From NCBI GenBank assembly GCA_964016885.1, contig OZ024741.1, positions 236,158,001 through 236,222,000 of the forward strand: a DNA stretch of 64,000 nt, written 5' to 3'. This document shows, one piece after another, positions 14,001 through 25,900 of this stretch. The translations under genes and the position numbers were made by a program. This stretch comes from Eledone cirrhosa. Taxonomy: Eukaryota. Positions within the stretch are counted from its first letter, which is position 1. Every line of letters begins with the position of its first letter. The notes beneath the pieces are model-generated. The model was not told the origin of the DNA and did not search any database. It saw only the letters and a list, made by a program, of their open reading frames with translations.

Positions 14001-14891
14001 TTTAGAAAAACAAAAATAATAATTTTAGAAAATGAAAGAAAAACTAAAAAAGGGGACACTGAAAAGCTATGTAGAAAAAAGGAAAATATAGAAATAGATG
14101 GAAATTGAACATAGACAACACATCAGGTTGTTGTTAAAGGCTACTGCAATAGACTCCACTTGTGACACCAGGGTGGTATTGTACAGGTTGATGGGACAGA
14201 CCACTGCAAAAGACAACATTTTGGACATTTGGCATGTCAGTTCAATGTAGTAGCAGAGCAAAGTGATGGGAATTGTTATCTTAACATTGCTGTGAAAGAT
14301 TTGGAGTTATGGTGATGCCAGGAGGGTATTTGGGGTATGGTGTGGGCTAGAGACATTCGACAGAAGAAACAAAGAAACCTAAGCATATATATACACAGAA
14401 TAGGCAATGTTTATAGTGTGCACACACCAAAATGAATCTCTTCTTTCTCTCTCTCTATATATATGTGTGTATTTATTTATTCCTTTTCTTACAACAAAAC
14501 TGCAATATTTCAGCAAAGTGACAGCGCCTTAAGCATCATTGGTCATTTCACTGATGAAGTCTAAGAAACAACCATTTTTCTGAAACATTGCAGCCTTGCT
14601 ATAGGAAAACGAATAAATCAACCTATATCTATATATGTTGATTTAGTCATTTTCTTATAGCAAGGCTACAATGTTTCAGCAAAATGGTTATATATATATA
14701 TATACACACATACACACATACACATATATGTATGTGGTTGAGGGCTGAGAGAAAATAGTACTGAATACTGAAGTAGAGTTTTAATATTCATTTTATTAAG
14801 GCTAAATAGTGAGTCTTGTTACTCTGGAGTTTCACCTGTTTGTTGCTGGCGAAACTCCAGAGTAACAAAACTTAGCCTTAATAAAATGAAT

Positions 14892-14924
<33 letters not shown>

Positions 14925-15091
14925 CACATACACACAAACACACACATTCACATACAAAAAGAAATAGATAGATACACTCACACACACACTTTACATAAAT
15001 GATGTACAGTTATATATATGTACAAAGAATTCATTTGGGCAATGTGCCCGCTATTATTGTAAAAAGGGCAGCATAGCATTGGTTTGACTGA

Positions 15092-15285
15092 AATAATTGT
15101 TTCTACATTTGGCACAAGGCCAGTAATTATCCCAGTGCATTACTGGTACTTTATTTTATCGACCCCGTAAGGATGAAAGGCAAAGTTAACCTCGGCGGGA
15201 TTTGAACTCAGAATGGCAAGGGCCGTAACTCTATGCGTCAAAGCATGGCGTCCGACCCTCTACTGATACTGCCAATTCATGCCTT
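15092..15285 (-). mobile_element. tRNA-derived SINE, same family
   Basis: Reverse complement of 570-762 with the target-site duplication GTTTGACTGAAATAAT. Confidence 0.85.
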
Positions 15286-17210
15286 GTTTGACTGAAATAA
15301 TAACATAAGATAATGTTAGACAAAGAAGGGCAGAAGAAACATCTAGAATTCACTGAATATATGTTGTGGTGGTAGCAGTAATAATATTGATTGTAGTCCG
15401 AAGTTTATGCAATACTTGGTGTGTCTGTGTATATACATACTTATATACAAACACACACATATATATACATACACCAAAAAGTTAAAGTCTGTCCCAAGCC
15501 ATCAGGCCGGTGCTTATCCCCAGTTTCATTTTCCATTGGCATTAAGTGACTGAGAGTACAAGACGCCAGTCCATTGCAGGATTAAACCCCAGCTACAGTT
15601 GGTCCTCATTTTCAACTGAGTGTACTGAAGCAACATGAAATGAAGTGTTTTGCTCAAGAACACAAAATGCTACCTGGCCCAGGAATCGAACCCACAACAT
15701 TATGTTTGCAAGTTCAACACCTTCACATATATTATATTAATTAATAGATACTTCTAAAACAAACAAAGAAATCATACGTAAGTCATGATTGAATATGTGA
15801 ATAAGTGCATATACACATGGCATCTCCACTAGGAAAAACAATGTTTTATATATATATGTGCATATGTGTATATAATTATATATATATATATACACACACA
15901 CATGAATATATTATTGGCTGAACAGTTGAGATATTGCTGGGTGAATACTCCACACCTATCAGAGGTGAAGGTCATGGGAACAGAAGGTACTATACGTTGC
16001 CATATGGCATCACATTCAGACCCTTAGGCAATGATCTTTCTTCTATATCCCCCTATCTACACCATACTCCAGCTTCATGATTGAGCAGTCTGGTGTTAAA
16101 AGAGAAAATTTCAGTTGTAAAATTACCGGCAGTACCAATAAATGTCAAAATTTGCAGCACGATCCAACCCATGCTATCATATGAAAACAAATTTATAAAA
16201 GAGTAACATAAGAATTTTAACCCAACTGTTACAGGATAATCATCGTTGGAAACAGTTGATGTCTAAAGTTAATCAATTCAGAGTTAGTCTCGTAGTAATT
16301 AGATGGACAATTAAGAAAGTCCCTTCTAACACTGATCTCAGACAACAGAATGTCCAGCTTTGAGAGTTTTGTATTGCAAACAACCATCCCAAGATGTTAG
16401 CAGAGAAAATAGTTTTAATTCAGTGACTGGGTAATGGGACATCTGTTGCATGGCACTTAAAAAAAAAAATTGTAAAAACGGGCTAACAAGAAGTGATTCG
16501 TTAAATTAACAATAAAACAGAGACGGCCAGTTGCTATACAAAAAATATGGCAAAGAATGACCACTCATCATAGTAGGAAAAAATCGTCGTAAAAGAGAAG
16601 AGAGAAAAAAAAATGTTTTAATAGATATTTATAATTGAGAATCTACAAGGATTTACTATGGAATAAGTATGACATACATGAGTTTTCTACGACAAAAAAT
16701 GAAAAAAAAAAACACTCTCAGTACACATCTTTCTACTGTGTTATGTGAGCGAGAGTTGATAGCCTGGAAGTTAAACGACTCTTGTGGTGTACACAGGTAC
16801 AACCATAATATCATGTAACTGCTTCAGTTTTCTCCATTTCTTTTTGTGTGTGTTTTACTAATGGTTTAGTGGTTACCTACTGATTCATTGCATCCCAATC
16901 TCCTACATTTACTGATAAGTGTAGTACAAAACACCACCAATTTTCTAGGGGCAGGAAGAGTGCTAATGTAATGTAATCATAGGAGCCACAAGAAATGATG
17001 TAATATCTTAAAAAAAAACTACTCATCCAACCTTGGACTGTAGACTCATTAAGGGAATCACTTTTCTGAATATGACAAAATTTTTTCCCAGGAGCTTGAA
17101 AGAAAGGTAAATCAAATGAAGAAATTAGGGACCATTTGAAAAAGGCTCCTCATGCAGAAATCTCATGTTTTCTTTTCAGACTTCTTTCTCCTGAAGTCCC
17201 ATTGAAAAAG

Positions 17211-19259
17211 TTATTGTAAAAGGGTTTGAATATAGCGTACAGCTTCCTGGCTCTCACACTTTCTCTGTCCAACAGCATATGCTGTAGTAGCTGATGGGTT
17301 GGACCAACCAGAATTCCAGGCCGTAGTAACTGGGAAGTTGCGTTTCCAGTAGTTATTGTCAGGCCTCTGTGGAAGTTGATGCGGTGATGTTGAGTTCATT
17401 GATGCTGATGCTACGGTAGCAGGTTGCTGTCGTATAGAGGCATGCTGGGACATCATTTGATGGGAACAAGCTGCTGGAGACATTGAGGATGATGATGATG
17501 ACGACTTACGCATCCCTGCTTGATGCTGTGACATCATTTGACATGACGAAGATGGGGAAGACGATGGTGTAGATTGCTGTTGATGATGATGGTGATGTTG
17601 GGCCTGCTGCTGCTGTTGTTGTTGTTGTTGTTGCTGCTGCTGCTGCTGCTGTGGAGGTGGTTGAGGCTGTTGCTGTTGTTGTTGTTGTTGCTTCCTCGGC
17701 GGTGGTGGTGGTGGTGGTGGAGCTGCATGTTGTGTTGATGATGACTGCGTCATCTGATGGGAGCAAGAACTTGAAGTTAGGGTTCCTGAAGTTACAACAG
17801 TGGGGGAGGGTGATGTAGTTGAGTGTTGTTTTCTCATTGATGTCGAATGATGGGCTGAGGCTGTCGCAGATGAGGTTGATGCTGAACTAGAGCTGGCTGC
17901 CATTTGGTGGTGAGTAGTGTTACCCCCACTGGCCACCAGGGCCGGTGTCTGCTGCTTATTGGCATGGCTGTCCCCAGTCATTTGAGACTCTGATGGACTG
18001 CTGTTAGTGTGGTGGTTTTGATGCTGACTATGATTATGGACATGATGATGATGATTATGGCCCATAGAATGAGAAAATTCCTCCCCAGCATGAATATGAC
18101 TGTGTTGCTTCAGGTGGGTCTTCTGGGAGAATGTCTTCAAGCATACGGTACACTGGAAAGGTTTCTCCCCCGTGTGTGTTCGTTTGTGCTTGTTTAAATG
18201 GTCCTTCTGGGCAAAAGACTTATTACAAATCGGACACTGATGTGGTTTCTCACCACTGTGTGTGTGTTTGTGTGTGTTCAAGTGCGATTTCTGTGCAAAA
18301 CATTTCCCGCAAAGGTTGCATGTGAAAGGTTTCTCTCCAGTGTGTGTTCTTTGGTGATTCTCAAGACGATCTCTCTGTGGGAAGACTTTACTGCAAAACG
18401 GACATGGGAAGTGTTTGCCAGTTTCTGGAGCAAGTTGGTGCCGGAGTAGGTAGGCTTTCAAGGTGAAACCCTTGCGACACACATCACATTTAAAGGGTTT
18501 ATCTCGAGCTTCATTTCCTCTGTTAATTGTTGGGAATGCTTTAGAGTTAAAGTGACCACTGTTTTGGAACGATGTTACATTGCTTCCATGAAAATGACCA
18601 TGGTTGTGGTTGTGGTTATGGCCATGATTATGATTGTGGCTGTGGTTATGGTTGTGGCCATGGTTGTGGCCATGATTATGACTATGGTTGTGTGAGTGGT
18701 TGTGGCCGTGGTTGTGACCGTGGTTGTGGCTATGATTATGGAACTGTTTGCGAGGAACCATCATGGCAATGTTGCCAGAATGGTTGTGAAGGTTCTTGTG
18801 TTTCACACGGTTGGCTGGTTTAATACCTTGGTGAACCATCTTGTGTGTATTCAGGTGAGACTTCTGTGAGAATGACTTGGAGCAAATGTCACAGGTGAAA
18901 GGCTTCTCACCAGTGTGTGTCCTCTCATGTTTCTCTAGCCTGTCACGTTGTGGAAAGACTTTGCTGCAGAAGTTACAATTAAAATGTTTACCAGCCTCTG
19001 GCGCCAGCTGGTGCCGCTGTAGGTAGGCTTTCAGAGTGAAACCTTTACGACAGACATCACATTTGAATGGCTTGTCACGGGCTTCATTTCCTTTTGCTTT
19101 GAACATAATCGATCCATTGTTGTTGTTGTTGTGATGATGATGGTGGTGGTGATGATGGTGATGGTGGTGGCCATTCGGTGGTGAGTAAGACTGAGAGTGA
19201 TTGTGGCCACCACTTCCACAATTGTCAAAGCAATTATCATTTGACTGAACCGAATACAT
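17211..19259 (-). CDS. C2H2 zinc-finger protein (ZNF-2), 682 aa; 8 fingers in two modules (3+5), polyH, (HNHG/S)n, and a polyQ/P/S C-terminus
   Basis: ATG-to-TAA ORF with C2H2 motifs and TGEKPF linkers. The two finger modules start with near-identical sequence. Confidence 0.95.
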   Translation of the reverse strand: MYSVQSNDNCFDNCGSGGHNHSQSYSPPNGHHHHHHHHHHHHHNNNNNGSIMFKAKGNEARDKPFKCDVCRKGFTLKAYLQRHQLAPEAGKHFNCNFCSKVFPQRDRLEKHERTHTGEKPFTCDICSKSFSQKSHLNTHKMVHQGIKPANRVKHKNLHNHSGNIAMMVPRKQFHNHSHNHGHNHGHNHSHNHSHNHGHNHGHNHNHSHNHNHGHNHNHNHGHFHGSNVTSFQNSGHFNSKAFPTINRGNEARDKPFKCDVCRKGFTLKAYLLRHQLAPETGKHFPCPFCSKVFPQRDRLENHQRTHTGEKPFTCNLCGKCFAQKSHLNTHKHTHSGEKPHQCPICNKSFAQKDHLNKHKRTHTGEKPFQCTVCLKTFSQKTHLKQHSHIHAGEEFSHSMGHNHHHHVHNHSQHQNHHTNSSPSESQMTGDSHANKQQTPALVASGGNTTHHQMAASSSSASTSSATASAHHSTSMRKQHSTTSPSPTVVTSGTLTSSSCSHQMTQSSSTQHAAPPPPPPPPRKQQQQQQQQPQPPPQQQQQQQQQQQQQQQQAQHHHHHQQQSTPSSSPSSSCQMMSQHQAGMRKSSSSSSSMSPAACSHQMMSQHASIRQQPATVASASMNSTSPHQLPQRPDNNYWKRNFPVTTAWNSGWSNPSATTAYAVGQRKCESQEAVRYIQTLLQ

Positions 19260-19849
19260 TTTAGTATTGTCTTAATTCTTTCTAAAACTGAACTTCAGAG
19301 AAAATAGTAAATGAAAAAGATGAAGAAAAGTTACTGTTATCTTCTCATTGGCAAACAGTCTTCATTTAGTTTTGTGTTTTATATAGATGGGATCTTCCTT
19401 CTAACACAACACAATGAAATCATATTTTTGTTTATGTGTTTCTTCAAAAATAAATAAGTCCACTTTACGCAGTACTGGATAATATCTTAGTCATTTATCA
19501 TGGTTTCTAATTTCTTCACAGACACAACCACATATGGCATGATGGTACTTTACTCAGTTTGTATTTCATATACCCAACAAAATTACACAGAGAAGACGAA
19601 GAAGGAAATAAAACTAACTCTAAAAAGTATTCCAATATATGTAATGTATGTCTTGAGAAAATTTGTCCGTGTTCCTGACACTTTCTTATTCAATGGATGC
19701 ACAGAAATATTTCAAACATGGAGAAAAATAAATGTATTGAAAAGTGTTTTAAAATCTGTGAAAGTTCTGAATGAACTTATATACTCAGCTCCATGAATGT
19801 TCTAAAGAGAAGGGATCTGATTTCAAATGTTAATCACAGCAGCCAGGAC

Positions 19850-19885
19850 CTGGGGGAGAGAAAAAAAAGGACAAAATTGATTTAG
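19850..19885 (-). promoter_or_regulatory. Splice acceptor opening the ZNF-2 coding exon (exon starts 19849)
   Basis: The minus strand reads ...ttttgtccttttttttctctcccccag|gtcctg. Confidence 0.65.
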
Positions 19886-20007
19886 GTTTCATATTTATCA
19901 ATACTTTATTTAGTAGAAAAAACCAAGAGAATTATATATATTTAACCTTTTCATATTAATCAGCCTGATTTTATCATACAATTCCTGTTCTCCCACCCAT
20001 TTCTATA

Positions 20008-20186
20008 ATATGGTTTCTTAAATAGGCACAAGGCCAGCAATCTTGGGGGAGAGGAAAGTCAATTAAATCGCCCCCAGTGCGTGACTGGAACTTTATTTTA
20101 TCGACCCCGTAAGGATGAAAGGGTTGTAACTCTATGCTGCAAAGCATGGCGTTCGTCCCTCTACCGATACTGCCAATCCACCGCCC
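20008..20186 (-). mobile_element. tRNA-derived SINE, internally deleted
   Basis: Same family; flanking direct repeat ACCCATTTCTATAATA. Confidence 0.8.
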
Positions 20187-20274
20187 TACCCATTTCTATA
20201 ATATAAAATCCAGTCACCTCCCCATTCTATTATACAAAACATGAAACACCACTCAACGTTCTAATATACAAAAG

Positions 20275-20520
20275 GCCGGTTATATGATACCTGTGTGAGG
20301 TGCGCGATGCTGCATGGTAGTGAGACATGGGCAACAACTGCAGAGGATATGCGACGGCTGGAAAGAAATGAGGCAAGCATGCTCCATTGGATGTGCAATG
20401 TCAATGTGTGTGAACGACCGAGTACGGATGTGTTGAGAGAGAAACTGTTTAAGAGGGATAAGTGTGCGGGAGAGAAGACTGTGATGGTATGGACATGTGA
20501 TGCGCATGGAGGATGACCGC
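20275..20520 (+). mobile_element. RTE family B internal fragment
   Basis: Encodes AMLHGSETWATTAEDMRRLERNEASML. Confidence 0.85.
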
Positions 20521-20610
20521 TGTTAAAATAGAGTGGAGCCCTGTCATCTTGATTGCATTCTGAGCTGATCCATATCGAAACTATCGTAATATGTCAATTA
20601 AGTTTGTACC

Positions 20611-21661
20611 AGATCCTCTCAGGAAAATGGCCTTGCTCAGTATGTAGGAAAGGTGTAGGTAGGAACTCCATCCTCTGCTCCAAATGCAAACAATGGGTAC
20701 ACAAGAGATGTAGTGGGATCTCAGGAAGCTTAACTAAGAATGTAGGCTTCATATGTAGCAGCTGTGCTGGGACAGCAAGCAGCAAACAGCCAGAGGAAAC
20801 AAGTACCACCAATCTCTGGGACGGCTCTGTAGAAACAGTAGACAGCTTCTGCTACCTAGGTAACCGAATTAGCAGCGGAGATGGGTGTTCGGAAAGTACA
20901 ATAATTAGGGTAAGAACAGGATGGAAGAAGTTTCAGGGAGCTACTGCCACTGCTAGCTGCAAAAGGCTTTTCCCTCAAAATGAAAGGCAAACTGTATGAT
21001 GCGTGTATACGAACAGCAATGTTACATGGTAGTGAGACCTGGGCGTTGTCTGTAGAAGACTTGTGTAGATTAGAAAGAAACGATGCTTGCATGCTCTGAT
21101 GGATGTGTAATAGTAATATACGCGAATGGCAAAGCATAAACAAACTGAGAGAGAGACTGAGCATAAGAGGAATCAAATGCTGTGTGCAGGAGAGGAGGTT
21201 GCATTGGTATGGACATGTGATGCATATGAAGGATGACAGCAGCATAAAAAGGTGCAGCGCACTAGAAGTCGATGGCAGCCGCAGAGTGGGGAGACCCAAG
21301 AAGACCTGGGATGAGGTGATAAAAGCCGACCTTACCCAATTGCACCTCTCAAGGGCGATGACACACGATCATGACCTCTGGCCTCACACAGTAATACAGA
21401 AGACCCGACTTCCCACGGGAACAAGTCGAAGCTGAAGCATATAGGCAATATGACCCCACCCCTCACCGCAAAGTGGTCGTGGAGGCACCACGGCAAAAAA
21501 GCACCCAGCCCACACTGTAAATGCGGTTGGTGTTATGAAGGGCATCCAGTTGTAGAAATCAAGCCAAAATCAACACTGCCCACAACAGGACAGCCCGTCT
21601 AACCCATGCTAGCGTGGAAGAACGGACGTGAAACGGTGATGATGATGATGATGATGATGAT
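20611..21661 (+). mobile_element. 5'-truncated RTE (family A)
   Basis: Highly similar to the reverse complement of 30800-31915. The (GAT)n tail is at about 21636-21661. Confidence 0.92.
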
Positions 21662-22029
21662 CTAAATTTATAGATTTTTATAATCATTCTAACCTAATCA
21701 GTTTAAGACCTGAACATATGAAATAGACAACCCTCTTTTTAGAAGGTAGTCCACAAATTTCCTAAAGGCTTGTGATACCTTCTTTCTACAATTCTAGAGT
21801 AATTAATGGTCATAGTTTCTCTAAACCCTAGTGCAGTGATGCAGAACATTTTTCAGAAGGTGCTCTACAAAATCCACGAGGAAAATTTTATAGACCACCA
21901 AATCTAAATTTACTTTCATATAATACATCACCACCATCAACCGTTTATGTCAGTTTCTCCAATAGGAGAACTATCCAACACTTGCTAGTGGACAAAATGG
22001 GAGTTAAATGATGATAAAGATGATTGTAT

Positions 22030-22670
22030 AAGATGCGCAGAGGCTGTGAACAGCAATAGATCACATGAAACAAGCCCTTTTAACTGTTAAGGTGGCTTCC
22101 TTGAAGTAGTAGACAGCTTTTGCTACTTGGGGGAACAAATCAGGAGTTGAGGTGGGTATACTGAAAATAGACTAGCCAGTTTAAGGACTAGAAAAAAGTT
22201 CAAAGAGCTACTACCATTGCTGGCTACAAAGGGTTCTCCTTCAGAGTGAAAGGCAGATTGTATGATACCTGTGTGCAAACAACAATGCTGCATGGAAGTG
22301 AGACATAGGCCTTGTCTTCAGAGGACTTATAAAGGTTGGAAAGAAATGCAGTGAGTATGCACCGATGGATGTATGTGTAATAGTAGTGTACATGATTGAT
22401 GAAGTATCAATGAGCTGAGATAGAATTTGGGCACAAGAGAAATCAGATGCAATGTGCAGGAGAAGAGACAGCTGTATAAAGAAATGTAAAGCACTTAAAG
22501 TCAATGGAACCTATGGAAGGGGAAGACCTAGAAAAATGTGGGATGATGTGGTGATTGCTGACTTCACACAGTTGAACTCCACAAAAAGGATGACCTAGGA
22601 TTGAGTTGACTGGGGACATGTTCTATGGCAGAAGACTTGCCTTCCCATTTAAACAGGATGCAACAAGTCT
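22030..22670 (+). mobile_element. Old decayed RTE fragment
   Basis: Recognisable remnants of VDSFCYLG, MLHGSET and GRGRPRK. Confidence 0.75.
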
Positions 22671-25549
22671 GAAAAGATAGCCTCCACCAACTCCTGACTC
22701 CCACCCCCATCAACCTTAAATCTGTAGAGAAGCGGAATATTTAGGTCCTCGTTTGCCAGTATACTCCCAATTTTCCCCACATAAATCTTCAGTTAGCCCC
22801 TGCCCCCATTCATACCCTTCTTCCACACCTTTTAATTTTTCCTACATAAACCTTAATGGCATCCATGGTTGTGTGTGGAAGTCACGCTGGGCGACCAAAA
22901 CTGTGTTGTGGACAAAGTTGGGCAACACTGTATTAGATGTTAACAAATATTAACCCTGAAATGGTTAGCTGTACCCACGAAAAGATGAAATAGAATTGTG
23001 AGCATGACTTCCCTTGCACACGGACTTAAACTTACACTCAGTAGGCACCTCTTAATCCAATATACATCCCACCCACCCCTACACCACCCTTACTCTGTAA
23101 AGTTATGTTGGTACCTCAAAACATCCAGCCCACACAGTAAAGTGGTCGTGTAAGAGACACGGCAAAAAGCACCCAGCTGTAGAAAACCAACCAGAAACAG
23201 TCCTATACAAGCGAGATACGGTCACCAGACTCAACTTGCATTCAATGGGACAAACCCGTCTAACCCATGCTAGCGTGGAAGATAGACGTTAGACGATGAT
23301 GATGATGACTCCTTCCTTATTCACAAGTGGAGACTGTAAAACCCACTCACACTCAATGTGATAAAATTGAATACACAGAAGATCTCAACAAAAGAAAATT
23401 AGCTAACTTCTATGTGGTTGCTTGGCATGCTAGTAATAACAGCCAAATCTTACACAAACCACATCCTCATGTTTTCAAAAAAGGACACATTGGATGGAAT
23501 AGTCTGAGGTATGTAATTCATGAAAAAGAAAAAAAGAAGGGATGGTCAATAGCTTGATATGGTTTTGGGCAATGCTAACATAGGAAGAAACAAAAAGATG
23601 TAATCTACAGAAATCAACAGACCCCGTTTGATGAGTCTGAAGTTCGAACCACCCCAAGTCCCGTTTCAGTGAATTTAGTGACTCCATTAATGTATTTTAC
23701 CTTCGTTAGAGTCAAACATTTGGACCCTAAATTCTCCAAGAGACAGGATCAATTCAAACAAACCCTACAAGAGAGAAAACTATCATTAATATGAACTTTC
23801 TAGCAACTAGTCAATATCGTAATATCAATTTCGTTAGATCGAACCCTACTCTGGTTAACCTTATTTATTACTGAACGAGAGAGTGGTGCGAATAAATTGA
23901 TTCCTTATTAATTAGTTAATTGTTAACGTTAATTAATGTAAATTAACAATTAAAGAATAGAATTCCAAACGTGTTGATGGGTTTTCACTTGCAACCAAAC
24001 CTTAACAACCACAGGAAGAAGTTAATATCGCGAAATTCTACGTAGTTGATCGACCAGCTAGAAATAGCAATCAAAACCCCAGTCTTAAAAACAAAAAGTG
24101 AACACAAGTTTGATTATGTAGTCATAGATATACTTAAATTGACTGAAGGCTTGCACTTGGAATATCATGGATCATAGACCTATCTACTTGATAAAAGTTG
24201 ACCTGGGGGTAAACAACAACATTTAAGTAAAAACACATTGGAAAATGTTTCTCTCTCATATTTGAAATTAACGACGATTTCGTGTTTTTTAAAAATAATC
24301 TATAGATGAAGGGTGTGGGCGGGGGTCGTTTTTTTTCTCGATTTCCGAACTCATAAATGTTTTTGGACTGTTATGAAGATATAAATATATTAAGATCATA
24401 TTTATAAAAGTGTACAGAAGCCAGTCAAAAGGCAAGTTAACCACTGCATATGTAATTTTCTTATCCTCAGCCTGCATACTACTGATGATGATAAACATCG
24501 TTGTGAAGTACAAAGTAGAAAATACCTCTCTGACTGTGAGTGTGTGATGACTAATATTTACATTGAACCAGAAGAGTTATATATATATATATATATATAA
24601 TGTACACATACACATCGCGTGTATTTCTATTTATTTAGATTGGACAATATGATCCCTCAACCTAAAGTACAACAGTATGTGCTTTTACACGATTTTACAC
24701 CAAGCTTACAAAACAAATGTTATTATGGTGATTCTACACACAATAGTTTCACTTAGAAAAGAAAAAGAAAGAAAAGAGTCAAATTAACGTTTTTCAGTGC
24801 TTCGTTACTGTTATAATAATAAATGTCATATGACCTATATAAATAAAAGTACTTGCTCAATCTAAATATACAGAATACGCGCGATGTGCAGATATATACG
24901 CTCCACACTTGTATAAATAAATATATATATATATATATGATAATAGCACATATGTGTGCATATTTATTATATAAAGCATTTATCTATCAATCTGTGAAGT
25001 ATATATATATATGTATGTATGTGGGGAGCGAGCGCTATTTACCACGGATTTTCTCTAGGTTTTCATGGCTTTCTGTTTAAAATATAGAATTTATGGCGGT
25101 AAAGAAGGTTGGCGCTGGAGGACATCTCGCCTTGACGCCATAAAAAAATATGTAAAGATGTTGGGTGAGGGGCGAAGACAGAGCGATGAACAGAGACGTA
25201 GTAGTAGAGATAGATGGATGCAGAGATAAGAGATGTTGAAAATAGAGACATAATGAAATAACGAGGGAAAGAAATAAACATAGAGAGACGAGTAAATAGA
25301 GAAAGAAGAGAGAGGATGATGTGAAGAATAGAGTGAGTACGATTAGAGAAGAAGACTAGAGGAGGAGGGAGAGCGAGAAGTGGTGAGTTGGAAATAAATG
25401 GTTTTGCGATAATTAGACGAGCAGCTTTAGAATGAAATGGTCACAAACGTTGATTGTAGAGGGGAAGAAGATTTGTAAGTAAATACATCGAGGAAATTTG
25501 GTGGAAGGGAAACTGAAATAAACAAACTGATTATGAATGTGTCACTTAC

Positions 25550-25900
25550 TATAAGTCTGGTCCTTCAAGTAGAATGTAATGAGAGAGAGGGGGAGGAGGG
25601 AACCCTACACTGCATCGGGCAGCTCCATTGGTTCCAGCAAAGCCAAACAGCGATGGGTCTGAATTCATTCGAGTAGTTAACATGTCAGTATGATAGCCTA
25701 ATATTCAGTTTGTCGTTGTTGTTGTAGATGTGGTTGTCATAGCAGGTACCTTTCAGGAAAAAAAAAAGAGACCGAAGGTAGGTATAACGGGAGGAGGAGT
25801 GCGCCAGCGACGACATAAGCCAAAGGGAAATAACTCGGCGAGAACGGAAGAGGAGGCATAGCTAAATCCGGATAATTTAGGTTACCACATAATTGCTTAA
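25550..25900 (-). promoter_or_regulatory. Candidate first exon/promoter of ZNF-2
   Basis: Donor TATA|GTAAGT with the intron starting at 25549. The region at about 23.8-26.5 kb looks CpG-enriched and TE-poor relative to its flanks (visual estimate). Confidence 0.45.

Noticed and set aside
20560-20595. Hammerhead motif in the duplicated 90-bp segment
   Set aside because: GAAAC...GTA and a stem II are present, but the core reads CTGAGCT in both copies instead of CTGANGA.
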